Assembly (NCBI GenBank): GCA_002433055.1
Contig: DJHJ01000039.1
Span: 22,080 to 86,079, forward strand
Length of the DNA stretch: 64,000 nt
Reading direction: 5' to 3'
DNA from: Acidobacteriia bacterium UBA6623
GTDB lineage: Bacteria > Acidobacteriota > Terriglobia > Bryobacterales > UBA6623
The notes beneath the pieces are model-generated. The model had not been told where the DNA came from, ran no database searches, and saw only the letters and a list, made by a program, of their open reading frames with translations. Position numbers and translations under genes: made by a program. How positions within the stretch are numbered: position 1 is the stretch's first letter; every line of letters begins with the position of its first letter. Below are positions 29,484-39,394 of the stretch, piece by piece.

Positions 29484-30759
29484 CAAGGCGTACCTCGACT
29501 GAACGGGCATGTGCCTCGAGACCCTCTGCTCTTGCTAGCGTAACGATAGCTGGAGCAAGCCTTTGCAACCCTTCCCGTTTCAATTGCTGCACAGTAATCA
29601 CTTTGATGTAATCTAGAACCGAAAGTCCTCCTCGCAGCCTTGCGACGCCTCCCGTTGGTAGAACATGATTCGGGCCAGAAACATAATCTCCCGCCGCTTC
29701 TGGACTCCAAGGGCCAAGGAAAATACTTCCTGCGTTATCTATCTTGTTAAGCAAGTTTTCATCGTAGAGCACAAGATGTTCAGGAGCGAATCGATTTGAA
29801 ATTTCCACTGCTTCATCAAGTGACGCCGTAAGAATAATGGCACTATTGCTCATAATTGCCTTAGATGCAACTTTGCCAGTAGGAAGTGTTTCCAGTTGGC
29901 GAGCAACCTCTCGTTGCACTCTTCTTGCCAAACGTTTCGAAGTTGTCAGAAGAACCGCCGCTGCATCCGTATCGTGCTCAGCTTGAGCCAGCATATCGGC
30001 AGCAATATATCGTGGATCGCCATCGGCTGCTATCAGAAAAATCTCAGTCGGTCCAGCAACAAAATCTATGCCGGCTGTACCAGCTAAAAGTTTTTTGGCT
30101 GCTGCAACATAAATATTTCCGGGGCCCACAATTCGATCAGCACGTGGAACTGTTTCTGTTCCAAATGCAAATGCCGCGACTGCTTGCGCTCCACCCATGT
30201 GAAAGAAGTTATTCACTTCCATATAGCCGGCAGTCCCAAGCGTTTCCAAGTTTGGGGTCGGCGAAGCAGCTGATATTAATTTGACCCCAGCGGTTTGTGC
30301 GGGAATCACTGTCATCATCAAAGTCGACGGAAGTGGATAGCGACCACCAGGAATATATGCCGCGATTGAGTCAAGTGGTCGCACTTCTTGACCTAGCACT
30401 ACACCAGCACCAAAACTCTTATTCCAAGACTTCGGCATTTGCCTTTCAGCGAAACGTCGAATTTGTCGTGAGGAGACGTCTAAAGCTGATAAAAATGGTT
30501 TCGGCAGGGCTTCTGTTGATTCAAGCAAGCGTGACGGAGGAATTCGAACAGAGTTTCCTTCGAGACCATCGAATTGCCTCGCGTAGCTAATCAAAGCTCG
30601 ATCCCCCTTCTTTCTCACATCTTCAAGAATTGGGCCCACTACCACCTGAGCACGCTCTAAACGTCTCGCACGGCGTGCAAACAACTGATCTACAGCAGTC
30701 GTATCTTTTCTGGAAAAAATCTTTAGCATCACACTTTGCCGATCCACGGCCACTCTCAA
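29476..30759 (-). CDS. hisD: histidinol dehydrogenase
   Basis: 427 aa with GGRYPLPSTLMM, GGAQAVAAFAFGT, GPGNIYVAAAK, QAEHD and GDYVSGPNHVLPT motifs. An alternative start is possible at 30729. Confidence 0.95.
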   Translation of the reverse strand: MRVAVDRQSVMLKIFSRKDTTAVDQLFARRARRLERAQVVVGPILEDVRKKGDRALISYARQFDGLEGNSVRIPPSRLLESTEALPKPFLSALDVSSRQIRRFAERQMPKSWNKSFGAGVVLGQEVRPLDSIAAYIPGGRYPLPSTLMMTVIPAQTAGVKLISAASPTPNLETLGTAGYMEVNNFFHMGGAQAVAAFAFGTETVPRADRIVGPGNIYVAAAKKLLAGTAGIDFVAGPTEIFLIAADGDPRYIAADMLAQAEHDTDAAAVLLTTSKRLARRVQREVARQLETLPTGKVASKAIMSNSAIILTASLDEAVEISNRFAPEHLVLYDENLLNKIDNAGSIFLGPWSPEAAGDYVSGPNHVLPTGGVARLRGGLSVLDYIKVITVQQLKREGLQRLAPAIVTLARAEGLEAHARSVEVRLDD

Positions 30760-30840
30760 CTAGTCCACAAACATGGAAGAGTAGAGCGACTAGAACTTTG
30801 GAAAAGATGAGATCCGGTATCGCCTCCGAATCACTCTACT

Positions 30841-31209
30841 TCAATAAACAGCTCCTGGGTCATAGGTTTGTTCGGCACACTGCTTCCATTCACCGTCTTC
30901 CAAACGTCGATAAAAGCATGTGCGGAACCCATTATGGCAAACACCAGAACCCAAGAGCTCCGCCCTAATCAGAACTGTATCTTGGTCACAATCAACCCGA
31001 ATTTCCTTCGTCAGTAGGTAATGACCAGATGTTGAACCCTTGGTCCACAACCGATTACGTGTTCGACTATAAAATGTCACCTTGCCGGTTTCGACAGTCT
31101 TATCTAAGGCTTCTTGATTCATGAAGCCGACCATTAACACCTCTCCATCAGAAGCATCTTGAATGACTGCTGGTATCAACCCATGTAATTTACTGAAATC
31201 CAGTTCCAT
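30841..31209 (-). CDS. hisI: phosphoribosyl-AMP cyclohydrolase (monofunctional)
   Basis: From ATG 31209: MELDFSKLHGLIPAVIQDASDGEVLMVGFMNQEAL ... WTKGSTSGH ... DCDQDTVL ... CH are HisI motifs. The longer track ORF (to 31371) would translate through a terminator hairpin and is rejected. Confidence 0.9.
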   Translation of the reverse strand: MELDFSKLHGLIPAVIQDASDGEVLMVGFMNQEALDKTVETGKVTFYSRTRNRLWTKGSTSGHYLLTKEIRVDCDQDTVLIRAELLGSGVCHNGFRTCFYRRLEDGEWKQCAEQTYDPGAVY

Positions 31210-31395
31210 GTCGTCGTTTGCAACTTCCTTTCCGCAAAAAAAAACCCCGCTCGGCTCTCGCCGGCGGGTTCCTGTATTCCTCTTGTGTCTCGCTTGTTGA
31301 TCGCGAACTACCCCACCGGCGAACTTACCCGCTCGGGTAAGCGTGATGTGTACACAGGTAGTGGAGAACAAACTTCATCAAGTAGACAGTATAAC
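31210..31395 (-). promoter_or_regulatory. candidate histidine attenuator leader (uORF 31378..31325 plus antiterminator/terminator)
   Basis: uORF ATG AAG TTT GTT CTC CAC TAC CTG TGT ACA CAT CAC GCT TAC CCG AGC GGG TAA (MKFVLHYLCTHHAYPSG). UCGCCGGUGGG (31322..31312) is complementary to CCCGCCGGCGA (31268..31258), the 5' arm of the terminator. Confidence 0.45.
31236..31268 (-). terminator. intrinsic terminator inside the hisI leader
   Basis: Minus-strand RNA CCCGCCGGC-GAGA-GCCGAGCGGG forms a 9-bp GC stem with one bulged A and a GNRA loop, followed by nine U. It ends 27 nt before the hisI ATG. Confidence 0.65.
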
Positions 31396-31529
31396 GGATT
31401 CCCTGACAAGAGGTGTTCTCATCCTCTGAACATAATCGGAGTTTCAGGCTATACTTAGGATGTTTTTCCGTCACACGCTCTATCTTAAGAGGATGCAACC
31501 TCTACCTTGATTAGATCCCAGTTGACTCC

Positions 31530-32420
31530 GTGAAAATCATAGACACACTCAAAGCCGGACACCAAACGGTTTCCTTCGAATTCTTTCCACCCAAGGATGA
31601 CGCTGGGTTTGACCAACTTTATAAGTCTATAGCTGCTCTCAAGCCTCTCAAGCCGTCACATGTATCTGTCACATATGGGGCTGGTGGTAGTACGCGCCAG
31701 AAGACTGTAGAGCTCGTCAAAAAGATTAAACACGAGATCGACATAGAAGCATTAGCTCATCTCACCTGTGTTGGCGCTGACCGTGCGGAGATCGTTTCTG
31801 TGCTCGACGAGCTTGAGGCGAGCGGCATAGAAAATGTCTTGGCACTAAGAGGGGACCCCCCTCATGGCGAGGCACAATTCACACAACACAAAGACGGTTT
31901 CGGATATGCCTCGGAACTCGCCGCCTTTATCAAGTCACGGTACTCTTTCTGCTTGGCTGGAGCGTGCTATCCAGAAACCCACCCAGAAGCCTCCGACGCA
32001 ACCACCGACCTCGATAACCTTCTCCGCAAGGTGGACACTGGTATTGATTTCTTGATTACTCAGCTTTTCTTCAACAATGATGATTTCCTACGTTTTCGGG
32101 ATAGAGCTACCGCACGAGGCATATCAATCCCGATACTCGCCGGCATCATGCCGATCTTAAGTCTGAAACAAGTCAAACGATTCACCAATATGTGTGGAGC
32201 AACAATACCAACTGATTTACTTTCAAAGATGGAAGCAGTATCAGACGACGTCGATGCGGTGCGCCAATTGGGCACTTACCACGCCGTCGAACAATGCATA
32301 GAATTAGTCGAAAAGGAAGTAGCGGGATTACATTTCTACACACTCAATCGTTCAACGGCCACACGAGCCATCTACCAACAGCTCAAAGGATCATTACTGA
32401 AACCGACCAACACTAACTAG
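31530..32420 (+). CDS. metF: 5,10-methylenetetrahydrofolate reductase
   Basis: VSFEFFPPK ... VSVTYGAGGS ... HLTC ... ALRGDPP ... ITQLFF are MetF motifs. GTG start. Confidence 0.95.
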   Translation: MKIIDTLKAGHQTVSFEFFPPKDDAGFDQLYKSIAALKPLKPSHVSVTYGAGGSTRQKTVELVKKIKHEIDIEALAHLTCVGADRAEIVSVLDELEASGIENVLALRGDPPHGEAQFTQHKDGFGYASELAAFIKSRYSFCLAGACYPETHPEASDATTDLDNLLRKVDTGIDFLITQLFFNNDDFLRFRDRATARGISIPILAGIMPILSLKQVKRFTNMCGATIPTDLLSKMEAVSDDVDAVRQLGTYHAVEQCIELVEKEVAGLHFYTLNRSTATRAIYQQLKGSLLKPTNTN

Positions 32421-32427
32421 GTGCCCG

Positions 32428-34032
32428 TTGGCTTTATCTCAAAATAATCGAACCACGGATCGGCATATTGACATATCGAACCCGAGTCACCTCACCAGCT
32501 GTGAAATAATCTTGAAAGCTATTAACTCCACATATACTCCACTGAGTTCGAGAAAGTACTTGTCGTTATTTAAGAAAGCAATCACATGTACGATCGCTGC
32601 TGTCGCGATCTATTTTCTCTACTTCCATGCGATGGACAAACGTGGTCTGATCGGACCCGACGAACCACGGTATGCCTCAGTTGCACGAGAAATGATTGAA
32701 TCCGATGATTGGATTACTCCACGTCTCGGGGCGAAAGCCTGGTTCGAAAAACCCGTACTCTTGTACTGGCTTGGTGCAGTCTCAGCCAAATTGGGTGTCA
32801 ACGACGATCGCATGACACGCTTGCCAGTATCGCTCATCAGTATTGCTTTTATGTTCTTTTTCTATCGTTATACCCGACGCCAGTTTGGACCACTGGAAGC
32901 ACAATATGCTCTTTTAATATTGGGAACCTCGATCGGCTGGATAGCTTTCAGCCAAATTGGCACTTTCGACCTGCCTCTCTCTGCAAGTCTCTCGGCTGCT
33001 TTGCTCATACTAATGCCATGGGTACAGAAATCTGACGTTTCGACACGAAAAGCTCTACCCTGGTTTGGTGCGCTCCTTGGTGTTTCGGTACTCGCCAAGG
33101 GTTTGGTTGGTCCCGCCGTAGGAGCATTGACTCTACTTTCGGTTTGCCGCGACCGAGGGTTCTCCTCAGTCATACGCGACTTGATACAGCTACGAGTATG
33201 GCTCCCTTTCGTTGCCGTCGCAGCCCCTTGGTATCTATTTTGTTACATCGAAAATGGTAACCCTTTCCTAGAAGATTTCTTCTGGCAACATCACTTCCAA
33301 CGTTTTACTAACGACTCGTTGCAACACGCTCAGCCCTTCTGGTTTTTCATACCAGTTCTTGCATTGGGCTTCCTTCCTTGGACCTCCTTTGTTGTGACAC
33401 GATCGATAATCTCATTTCAAAATGATGCACGAATTCGCTTCCTCTTTATGTGGTGTTTGTCGACACTCTTGCTCTTTTCGTTCTCAATCAACAAACTGCC
33501 TGGCTATATTTTGCCGATGTTTCCGCCGCTGGCGATCCTTGCGGGTCTACAACTCAGCCGACCACGATTAAGACTTGGAGCCTTTGCGATCGCTGGTTTG
33601 TCCTTGATGTTGGTGCCCATAGCAGAGGATGTATTACCACGTGCGTTGTCACATGGGCTCTTTGCCGCTTGGCCACCAGACACTATCGCTTGGAGCCGCG
33701 TCATCGGGGTGAGCCTTGCTACGATCATGGTTCTCTGGGCGGCCAATTCAGGAAAGCGCACGATGGCGGTGCAGTTACTCGCCGCCATCGCAGTTGTCAA
33801 TATAAGCTACCTGCAAATCAAAACATTCCCGGTAATCGATGGGGAGGCAGGAGTTCGTCCTCTATGGCTCAGTACTGAGCCTCATCAATCAGAAACATGT
33901 ATAGGAGAAGTGCGACGTCATGTAGTCTACGGACTTGACTATTACAGTGACCACAAGTTGCCTCGTTGCATCGAAACACCTCGCCCGTACCACATCACAG
34001 GGGATCCGGCTCAACTCACACAACCTAACTAA
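32428..34032 (+). CDS. ArnT/PMT-like (GT39/GT83-type) membrane glycosyltransferase
   Basis: Polytopic membrane protein. The first-loop motif GPDEPRYASVAREMIESDDWITPRL...EKPVLLYW is typical of ArnT/dolichyl-phosphate-mannose transferase-like enzymes. TTG start, true start uncertain. Confidence 0.75.
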   Translation: MALSQNNRTTDRHIDISNPSHLTSCEIILKAINSTYTPLSSRKYLSLFKKAITCTIAAVAIYFLYFHAMDKRGLIGPDEPRYASVAREMIESDDWITPRLGAKAWFEKPVLLYWLGAVSAKLGVNDDRMTRLPVSLISIAFMFFFYRYTRRQFGPLEAQYALLILGTSIGWIAFSQIGTFDLPLSASLSAALLILMPWVQKSDVSTRKALPWFGALLGVSVLAKGLVGPAVGALTLLSVCRDRGFSSVIRDLIQLRVWLPFVAVAAPWYLFCYIENGNPFLEDFFWQHHFQRFTNDSLQHAQPFWFFIPVLALGFLPWTSFVVTRSIISFQNDARIRFLFMWCLSTLLLFSFSINKLPGYILPMFPPLAILAGLQLSRPRLRLGAFAIAGLSLMLVPIAEDVLPRALSHGLFAAWPPDTIAWSRVIGVSLATIMVLWAANSGKRTMAVQLLAAIAVVNISYLQIKTFPVIDGEAGVRPLWLSTEPHQSETCIGEVRRHVVYGLDYYSDHKLPRCIETPRPYHITGDPAQLTQPN

Positions 34033-34258
34033 AACACCTTCGAGAATCGAAGAAGCTAAATCGTACCTGTCACAAATCAAGAGTACTGAAAGAGTTGAGA
34101 CCCCATCAGTAGCTTCCAAGCAACTTGAGCCCATACAAAATCGATAAGAAGTGTTCTCTACCTAGCCAGCTTGCGATCCACCTTCTGTACAGTTAGTAGC
34201 TACACTTAAATGGACGGTGGTGGTTATTTTATGAGGTCTGCCACTGCAACCTGAAGAT

Positions 34259-35059
34259 ATGGTCGCAAAATTATTATTTGGTCTATATCTGATTACAGTT
34301 GCTCTCCATGCAGACTCAAGCCTTGCCAAAACTGACCATGCAATCTGGAATGCTCTATTGGCCGAGTATGTCGACGACAAGTCGCGGGTCGATTATGCGC
34401 GCCTAAAGAAGCAGGCCTCAGACCATCTAGAAACTTATGTTCGAGAACTAAGTCTCGCAGGTCAACCTGACCCAAAAACACCTCAAGGGAAGGCCTTCTT
34501 GATTAATGCTTACAACGCCTTGGTGATTGAGTGGATTGTGAAGAACTACCCTGTCAAGAGTATCATGGCAACACCCAATCCATTCCGTAAGGCCCGTCAT
34601 AAAGTCGCAGGTGAGAAGATGTCACTCGATGAAATCGAGTCCCGCCTCCGTGCAACAGGGGACCCTAGAATTCATGCCGCGTTAGTTTGCGCCGCTCGAA
34701 GCTGTCCCCCTCTCCGTACCGAGGCCTATACGCCGGATCACATTGATCAGCAGCTTGAGGACAATACTCGCCGGTGGTTGGCTAACTCCGACCTGAATAA
34801 AATTGATGCTGCTCATCGACACGCGGAAGTAAGTGCTATCTTCGAATGGTACAAGGACGACTTTATATCTTATCCTGGCGGCTTAAGTGGGTTTTTACGT
34901 CATTACTCACCACCGAAAACAATCACTGCAACGGTCGACGACGAGCTCCGCATTATTGTCAAGGATTACGATTGGGGGTTGAACGATCAATCTAATATCG
35001 GTGCTGGATATTCTTCCCTACAGCTTGCACTAGATTGGCTCATAAGCTGGTTCCGTTAA
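34259..35059 (+). CDS. DUF547 domain protein, secreted
   Basis: Signal-like N-terminus. FLINAYNALVIEWIV ... RIHAALVCAARSCPPL ... SAIFEWYKDDF is the DUF547 pattern. Confidence 0.7.
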   Translation: MVAKLLFGLYLITVALHADSSLAKTDHAIWNALLAEYVDDKSRVDYARLKKQASDHLETYVRELSLAGQPDPKTPQGKAFLINAYNALVIEWIVKNYPVKSIMATPNPFRKARHKVAGEKMSLDEIESRLRATGDPRIHAALVCAARSCPPLRTEAYTPDHIDQQLEDNTRRWLANSDLNKIDAAHRHAEVSAIFEWYKDDFISYPGGLSGFLRHYSPPKTITATVDDELRIIVKDYDWGLNDQSNIGAGYSSLQLALDWLISWFR

Positions 35060-35171
35060 AGATCTCACCATTTCGAGAAGCCCAGAACATTTATCTCAGA
35101 CCCTGTCCAAAAACTCTAATACCATTTATAGAGGCAAAACCTAGGACAGTAATGATACACTTTCATCTCCT

Positions 35172-36299
35172 ATGGTTGAAATTTGCCCCTCCGCTGATTG
35201 GCGGCCCATTTTTAAACAATCTCTTGAATTCGCCCAGCACCAGGTTCGAGCGTTGATTGAACGCGACCCTGACTTCTACCCGATGTATACACAAGGGGGT
35301 CACTGGAGACACACTGGTGAAGCTTGGACACATTGGTGCGACGGATTTCTCCCTGGAATGATGTGGGTCTTCCACAGACACACTAAAGATTCCGACTGGG
35401 CGAGATACGCACAGCACTACACCACACCACTTGAACCTCGTAAAATGGATCGAAATGTCCATGATTTGGGTTTCATTTTTTTATCCACCTACCACCGCTG
35501 GTACAAACAAACTGGTGATGAAAAACTCAATGATGTTGTTATTCAAGCTGGGCAAACGTTAGCAAAACGTTTTCAGAAAAAAGGACGTTATCTGGCTTCA
35601 TTTATTGGCCCTGAATCTATCTTTATTGATGTGATGGCAAATGTTGGAATCATTTTTTACGCTGCTCTTAAAACCGGCGATGATGCTCTACTACGTACTG
35701 CCATGGACCACTGTTTAACAACTCGTCGAGTGTTAATTCGTGGCGATGGCAGTAGCTCACACGAAGGAATTTTTGATTTAGAGACTGGCGAGTTCCTGCG
35801 ACAATCAACCCATCAGGGTTGGCGCGGAGACTCCTGTTGGTCACGAGGGTTGGCTTGGGCCATCTATGGGTTTACATCGTCTTACCGGGCCGTTAAAGAT
35901 CCTCGTTTTCTTCACACTGCACAATGTTGTGCCGACTTTTTCATTCGTGAAACGCCTGCTGATGGCGTTCCTCCGATGGATTATGATACACCTTCCGAAG
36001 AACCGCAATACCGTGAATCTTCTGCAGCAGCAATTACGGCAGCTGGCCTACTCCAATTAGCAAAAGTTGTCCCCGATCCAGCCAAAGGTGCTCTCTACGG
36101 CGCAGCCGCGCAAAGAATCCTGCTAACTCTCTGTAGCTCAGATTATCTTGCTAAAGGCATTGATGGATGGGAAGGTATTTTACGACAGGGGATCTATCAT
36201 CTACGTAAAGGTTTAGGGGTTAGTGAGTCCGTTATGTGGGGTGATTACTTTTTTGTCGAGGCCCTGGAGAGAGCTCTGCGTGATACGGAAGAAGACTAA
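35172..36299 (+). CDS. glycoside hydrolase family 88/105-like (unsaturated glucuronyl hydrolase-like)
   Basis: 375 aa. WTHWCDGFLPGMMW ... HDLGFIF ... WSRGLAWAIYG ... MWGDYFFVEAL is a typical (alpha/alpha)6 GH88-type pattern. Called from memory. Confidence 0.65.
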   Translation: MVEICPSADWRPIFKQSLEFAQHQVRALIERDPDFYPMYTQGGHWRHTGEAWTHWCDGFLPGMMWVFHRHTKDSDWARYAQHYTTPLEPRKMDRNVHDLGFIFLSTYHRWYKQTGDEKLNDVVIQAGQTLAKRFQKKGRYLASFIGPESIFIDVMANVGIIFYAALKTGDDALLRTAMDHCLTTRRVLIRGDGSSSHEGIFDLETGEFLRQSTHQGWRGDSCWSRGLAWAIYGFTSSYRAVKDPRFLHTAQCCADFFIRETPADGVPPMDYDTPSEEPQYRESSAAAITAAGLLQLAKVVPDPAKGALYGAAAQRILLTLCSSDYLAKGIDGWEGILRQGIYHLRKGLGVSESVMWGDYFFVEALERALRDTEED

Positions 36300-36361
36300 T
36301 GCATGCAAACTTATTAGGGATTGCAACTCGTTGCGTTTTATAAGTGCTGTTCGCAGCAGAC

Positions 36362-38161
36362 CTAATCGCCAACCTGTAATACAGCAAGAAAGGCTTCCTG
36401 AGGAATATCTACTCGTCCAACGCGCTTCATGCGTCTTTTACCTTCCTTCTGCTTCTCGAGAAGTTTACGCTTGCGACTAACATCACCTCCGTAGCACTTT
36501 GCCAAGACGTTCTTACGCAAAGCAGGAATGTTTTCTCGAGCCACAATTTTGCTACCAACCGCAGCCTGCAAAGCCACTTCGAACATCTGTCTCGGAATCA
36601 ATTTGCGCATCTTCTCAATTAATGCCTTACCGCGACCATGGGCCTGTTCACTATGCACTACCATTGACAAGGCGTCTACTGGGTCACCAGCGACAAGAAC
36701 ATCCAGTTTGACCATGGGTGACTCTCGATACCCCGAAAAATGGTAGTCCACGGAAGCATAACCTCTCGAAACTGTCTTTAGGCGATCATAGAAATCAAGT
36801 ACGATTTCACTTAACGGAACATCATAGGTCAGCATCACTCTATTGTTCGCCACATATTCAAAGCCCTGTTGGCTGCCTCGCTTGTCTTCAAACAGTTTGA
36901 GGATTCCACCCACATACTCGTCTGGTGTGATAACTGTGACCACAAATATTGGCTCCTCGACTGCCGATATATTTTGTGTCAGTGGCCAATCGCTAGGATT
37001 ATCCACCTCAACCACCTCATCGTCTGTCAAACTCACTCTGTAACGGACACTAGGCGCTGTCGTAATCAAATCAATATTAAATTCTCTCTCCAGACGTTCT
37101 TGTACAATTTCAAGATGCAATAAGCCGAGGAACCCACAACGAAAACCAAACCCCAGTGCAGTTGAACTCTCCGATTCGAACTGAAAAGAGCAGTCATTGA
37201 GCTGTAATTTTTCGAGCGCTTCACGCAATAACTGATGTTGATGCGACTCGACCGGGTACAGTCCGGCAAAAACCATCGGTTTGCTTTCTTCGAAGCCTTC
37301 CAGAGGCTCAGCGGGGAGATTACTTTCATCGCAAATTGTGTCACCAATTTTGGTTTCGGTGACATCTTTAATATTTGCAATCACCCAGCCAACTTCTCCA
37401 CTGGTAAGTTCATCACATTCGACTGGCTTTGGAGTTCGAAAGCCTAATTCCTCGACGGTGTATGTTTGTTTAGTTGATGCTAGTCGGATCTTCATACCTT
37501 TACGCAAAGTTCCATCGATCACCCGTGCCAAGACGATCACGCCTCGATAAGGATCGAACCAAGAGTCAAACAGCAATGCACGTAGAGGCTTATCAGGCGA
37601 CCCTTTCGGGGCTGGAATCTGTTGTACGATCGCTTCCAGGATCTCGTCAGCACCTTGGCCCGACTTCGCACTGACCAATAATCCATTTTGAGCGTCTAAC
37701 CCAAGCGTCATCTCTATTTCTTCACGTACTCGCTCGGGTTCAGCCGCCGGCAGATCAATCTTATTGATTACTGGAATTATTTCGAGATTGTGTTGCAGTG
37801 CAAGATGGGTATTTGCCAGAGTCTGAGCTTCAACTCCTTGAGAAGCATCGACCACTAATAATGCCCCTTCACAAGCCGCCAGACTACGTGAAACCTCGTA
37901 GGAAAAATCTACATGTCCTGGTGTGTCTATCAAGTTGAGTTGATAACTCTGGCCATCACGAGCACGGTAGTTAATACGAACCGCTTGTGCCTTAATCGTA
38001 ATGCCGCGTTCTCGCTCGAGATCCATCGTGTCAAGCACCTGCTGGGTCATTTCCCTGCTGCTAAGTGCTTCGGTTATCTCCAGCAGACGATCCGCTAGCG
38101 TCGATTTCCCGTGGTCAATGTGGGCAATGATTGAAAAGTTGCGGACCAGGAGAGGATCCAT
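36362..38161 (-). CDS. lepA: translation elongation factor 4
   Basis: [20 protein letters not shown] ... DTPGHVDF ... NKIDL, 599 aa, with the LepA-specific C-terminal domain ending [13 protein letters not shown]. Confidence 0.97.
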   Translation of the reverse strand: MDPLLVRNFSIIAHIDHGKSTLADRLLEITEALSSREMTQQVLDTMDLERERGITIKAQAVRINYRARDGQSYQLNLIDTPGHVDFSYEVSRSLAACEGALLVVDASQGVEAQTLANTHLALQHNLEIIPVINKIDLPAAEPERVREEIEMTLGLDAQNGLLVSAKSGQGADEILEAIVQQIPAPKGSPDKPLRALLFDSWFDPYRGVIVLARVIDGTLRKGMKIRLASTKQTYTVEELGFRTPKPVECDELTSGEVGWVIANIKDVTETKIGDTICDESNLPAEPLEGFEESKPMVFAGLYPVESHQHQLLREALEKLQLNDCSFQFESESSTALGFGFRCGFLGLLHLEIVQERLEREFNIDLITTAPSVRYRVSLTDDEVVEVDNPSDWPLTQNISAVEEPIFVVTVITPDEYVGGILKLFEDKRGSQQGFEYVANNRVMLTYDVPLSEIVLDFYDRLKTVSRGYASVDYHFSGYRESPMVKLDVLVAGDPVDALSMVVHSEQAHGRGKALIEKMRKLIPRQMFEVALQAAVGSKIVARENIPALRKNVLAKCYGGDVSRKRKLLEKQKEGKRRMKRVGRVDIPQEAFLAVLQVGD

Positions 38162-38444
38162 TGGAAAATTATTCGAGCTCTACTACTATCTTCAAGCTAG
38201 CAGTGCGTTTAAAAAGTGTCAATTTTGAACTGCATACAGCATGTCAGCTCAACGATCCAGAAGAAAGTGTCTAGACGTTAAATAAAGTAAATCTTCTTCA
38301 AGAGTAAGTCATTCTCAATAGTCATCGACGTCAACATAACCTCAACCCAGGACACAGTAATCGATGGTGTAATTTGCAAAGAATACACACCACAGAGGAC
38401 TTCCGCCTTGCGATGATAAGAGAAGCATCGCACGGCTAATTTAA

Positions 38445-39251
38445 ATGGTATTTCCTGGTAAATTATTTCTCCAAAATCTAATTAAAAATCGTAGTCTCAT
38501 ATACCAACTAGTTAGACGTGACTTCGAGCAACGTTATGTAGGCTCAGTTGCCGGCTGGCTGTGGGGCATAGTACATCCGCTAGTTTTGCTCGGCGTCTAC
38601 ACCTTTGTTTTCGCATACGCTTTTGGTATGAGATTGCCTCGAGGTGAGGTAACCGACAGTTATCCACTCTTTCTTTTCGCTGGGATGCTGCCATGGTTGC
38701 TGTTTTCAGAAACCCTTCAACGTTCATCATCTGCACTTATCGACCAAGCAAACCTCATAAAAAAGACTGTATTCCCAGCTGAAATTATCCCATTAAGTAT
38801 TTTTCTTTCCACCTGGATCAGTCATTTATTAGGTTTGATCTTACTAGTTGTCATCGTTGGAATCCAAGACCATGAAATTAATGCCTCGCTGCTGTTACTG
38901 CCAGGATATTTTTTATTGCTTGGGATGCTTAGCCTTGGATTGGCGTGGATTACTGCAGCTCTCAATGTGTACCTTCGTGACACCGCTCAAGTCCTCTCCG
39001 TTGTTCTCACAGCATGGTTTTGGCTGACTCCGATTTTCTTATTTGAGGCCCAGTTTCCAGAGTCGGTGTCAGGTGTTCTACTCTTGAATCCATTGACCTA
39101 CGTCGTTCGAGGTTATCGCGAATGTATCCTCGGTGGTGAACTACCTTCGGGTGAGGACTTCCTAGTCTTAACCAGCTTTGCCCTGATGACCTTCATTGCA
39201 GGCGGTCTCTTTTTCCGTCACGCAAAACGCGGTTTTGCTGATGTACTTTAG
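38445..39251 (+). CDS. wzm: ABC-2 type polysaccharide/O-antigen export permease
   Basis: 268 aa, 6 TM helices. The N-terminal LVRRDFEQRYVGSVAGWLWGIVHPL motif is typical of Wzm/TagG ABC-2 permeases. Confidence 0.85.
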   Translation: MVFPGKLFLQNLIKNRSLIYQLVRRDFEQRYVGSVAGWLWGIVHPLVLLGVYTFVFAYAFGMRLPRGEVTDSYPLFLFAGMLPWLLFSETLQRSSSALIDQANLIKKTVFPAEIIPLSIFLSTWISHLLGLILLVVIVGIQDHEINASLLLLPGYFLLLGMLSLGLAWITAALNVYLRDTAQVLSVVLTAWFWLTPIFLFEAQFPESVSGVLLLNPLTYVVRGYRECILGGELPSGEDFLVLTSFALMTFIAGGLFFRHAKRGFADVL

Positions 39252-39394
39252 GAGACAGCTCGTGAGTCAAGACAACATAAACGGTTGAACTTCCGTGCAA
39301 CACGGAAGATGATAGGAGAGAATTGACCTTGGGCTTGGCGTCAAGCTACAGGTTGCAGTGAGTGACAATTCACAGCTAATCAAGTCGAAAAATA

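Noticed and set aside
24476-31209. Absence of hisA, hisG and hisE from the his cluster as a sign of a novel pathway
   Set aside because: Split his regulons are common. The missing genes are most likely encoded elsewhere in the genome, which cannot be judged from one window.
30841-31371. 176-aa version of the hisI ORF (TTG start at 31371)
   Set aside because: The extra 54 N-terminal residues are R/G-rich, have no HisI similarity and would be translated straight through a strong terminator hairpin and its U9 tract. The conserved HisI N-terminus begins at the ATG at 31209.
31210-31395. T-box riboswitch interpretation of the hisI leader
   Set aside because: The segment GGUGGGGUAGUUCGCG vaguely recalls the T-box sequence. 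However, the leader is only about 150 nt, and I see no Stem I/specifier-loop architecture and no proper UGGN bulge. A leader-peptide attenuator explains the layout better.
31379-31529. SAM or SAH riboswitch upstream of metF
   Set aside because: metF is a frequent riboswitch target, but I could not find SAM-I, SAM-II or SAH core motifs. I saw only two short 4-bp hairpins and a possible TGAACA-17-TATACT promoter (31427..31455), which I cannot validate for this lineage.
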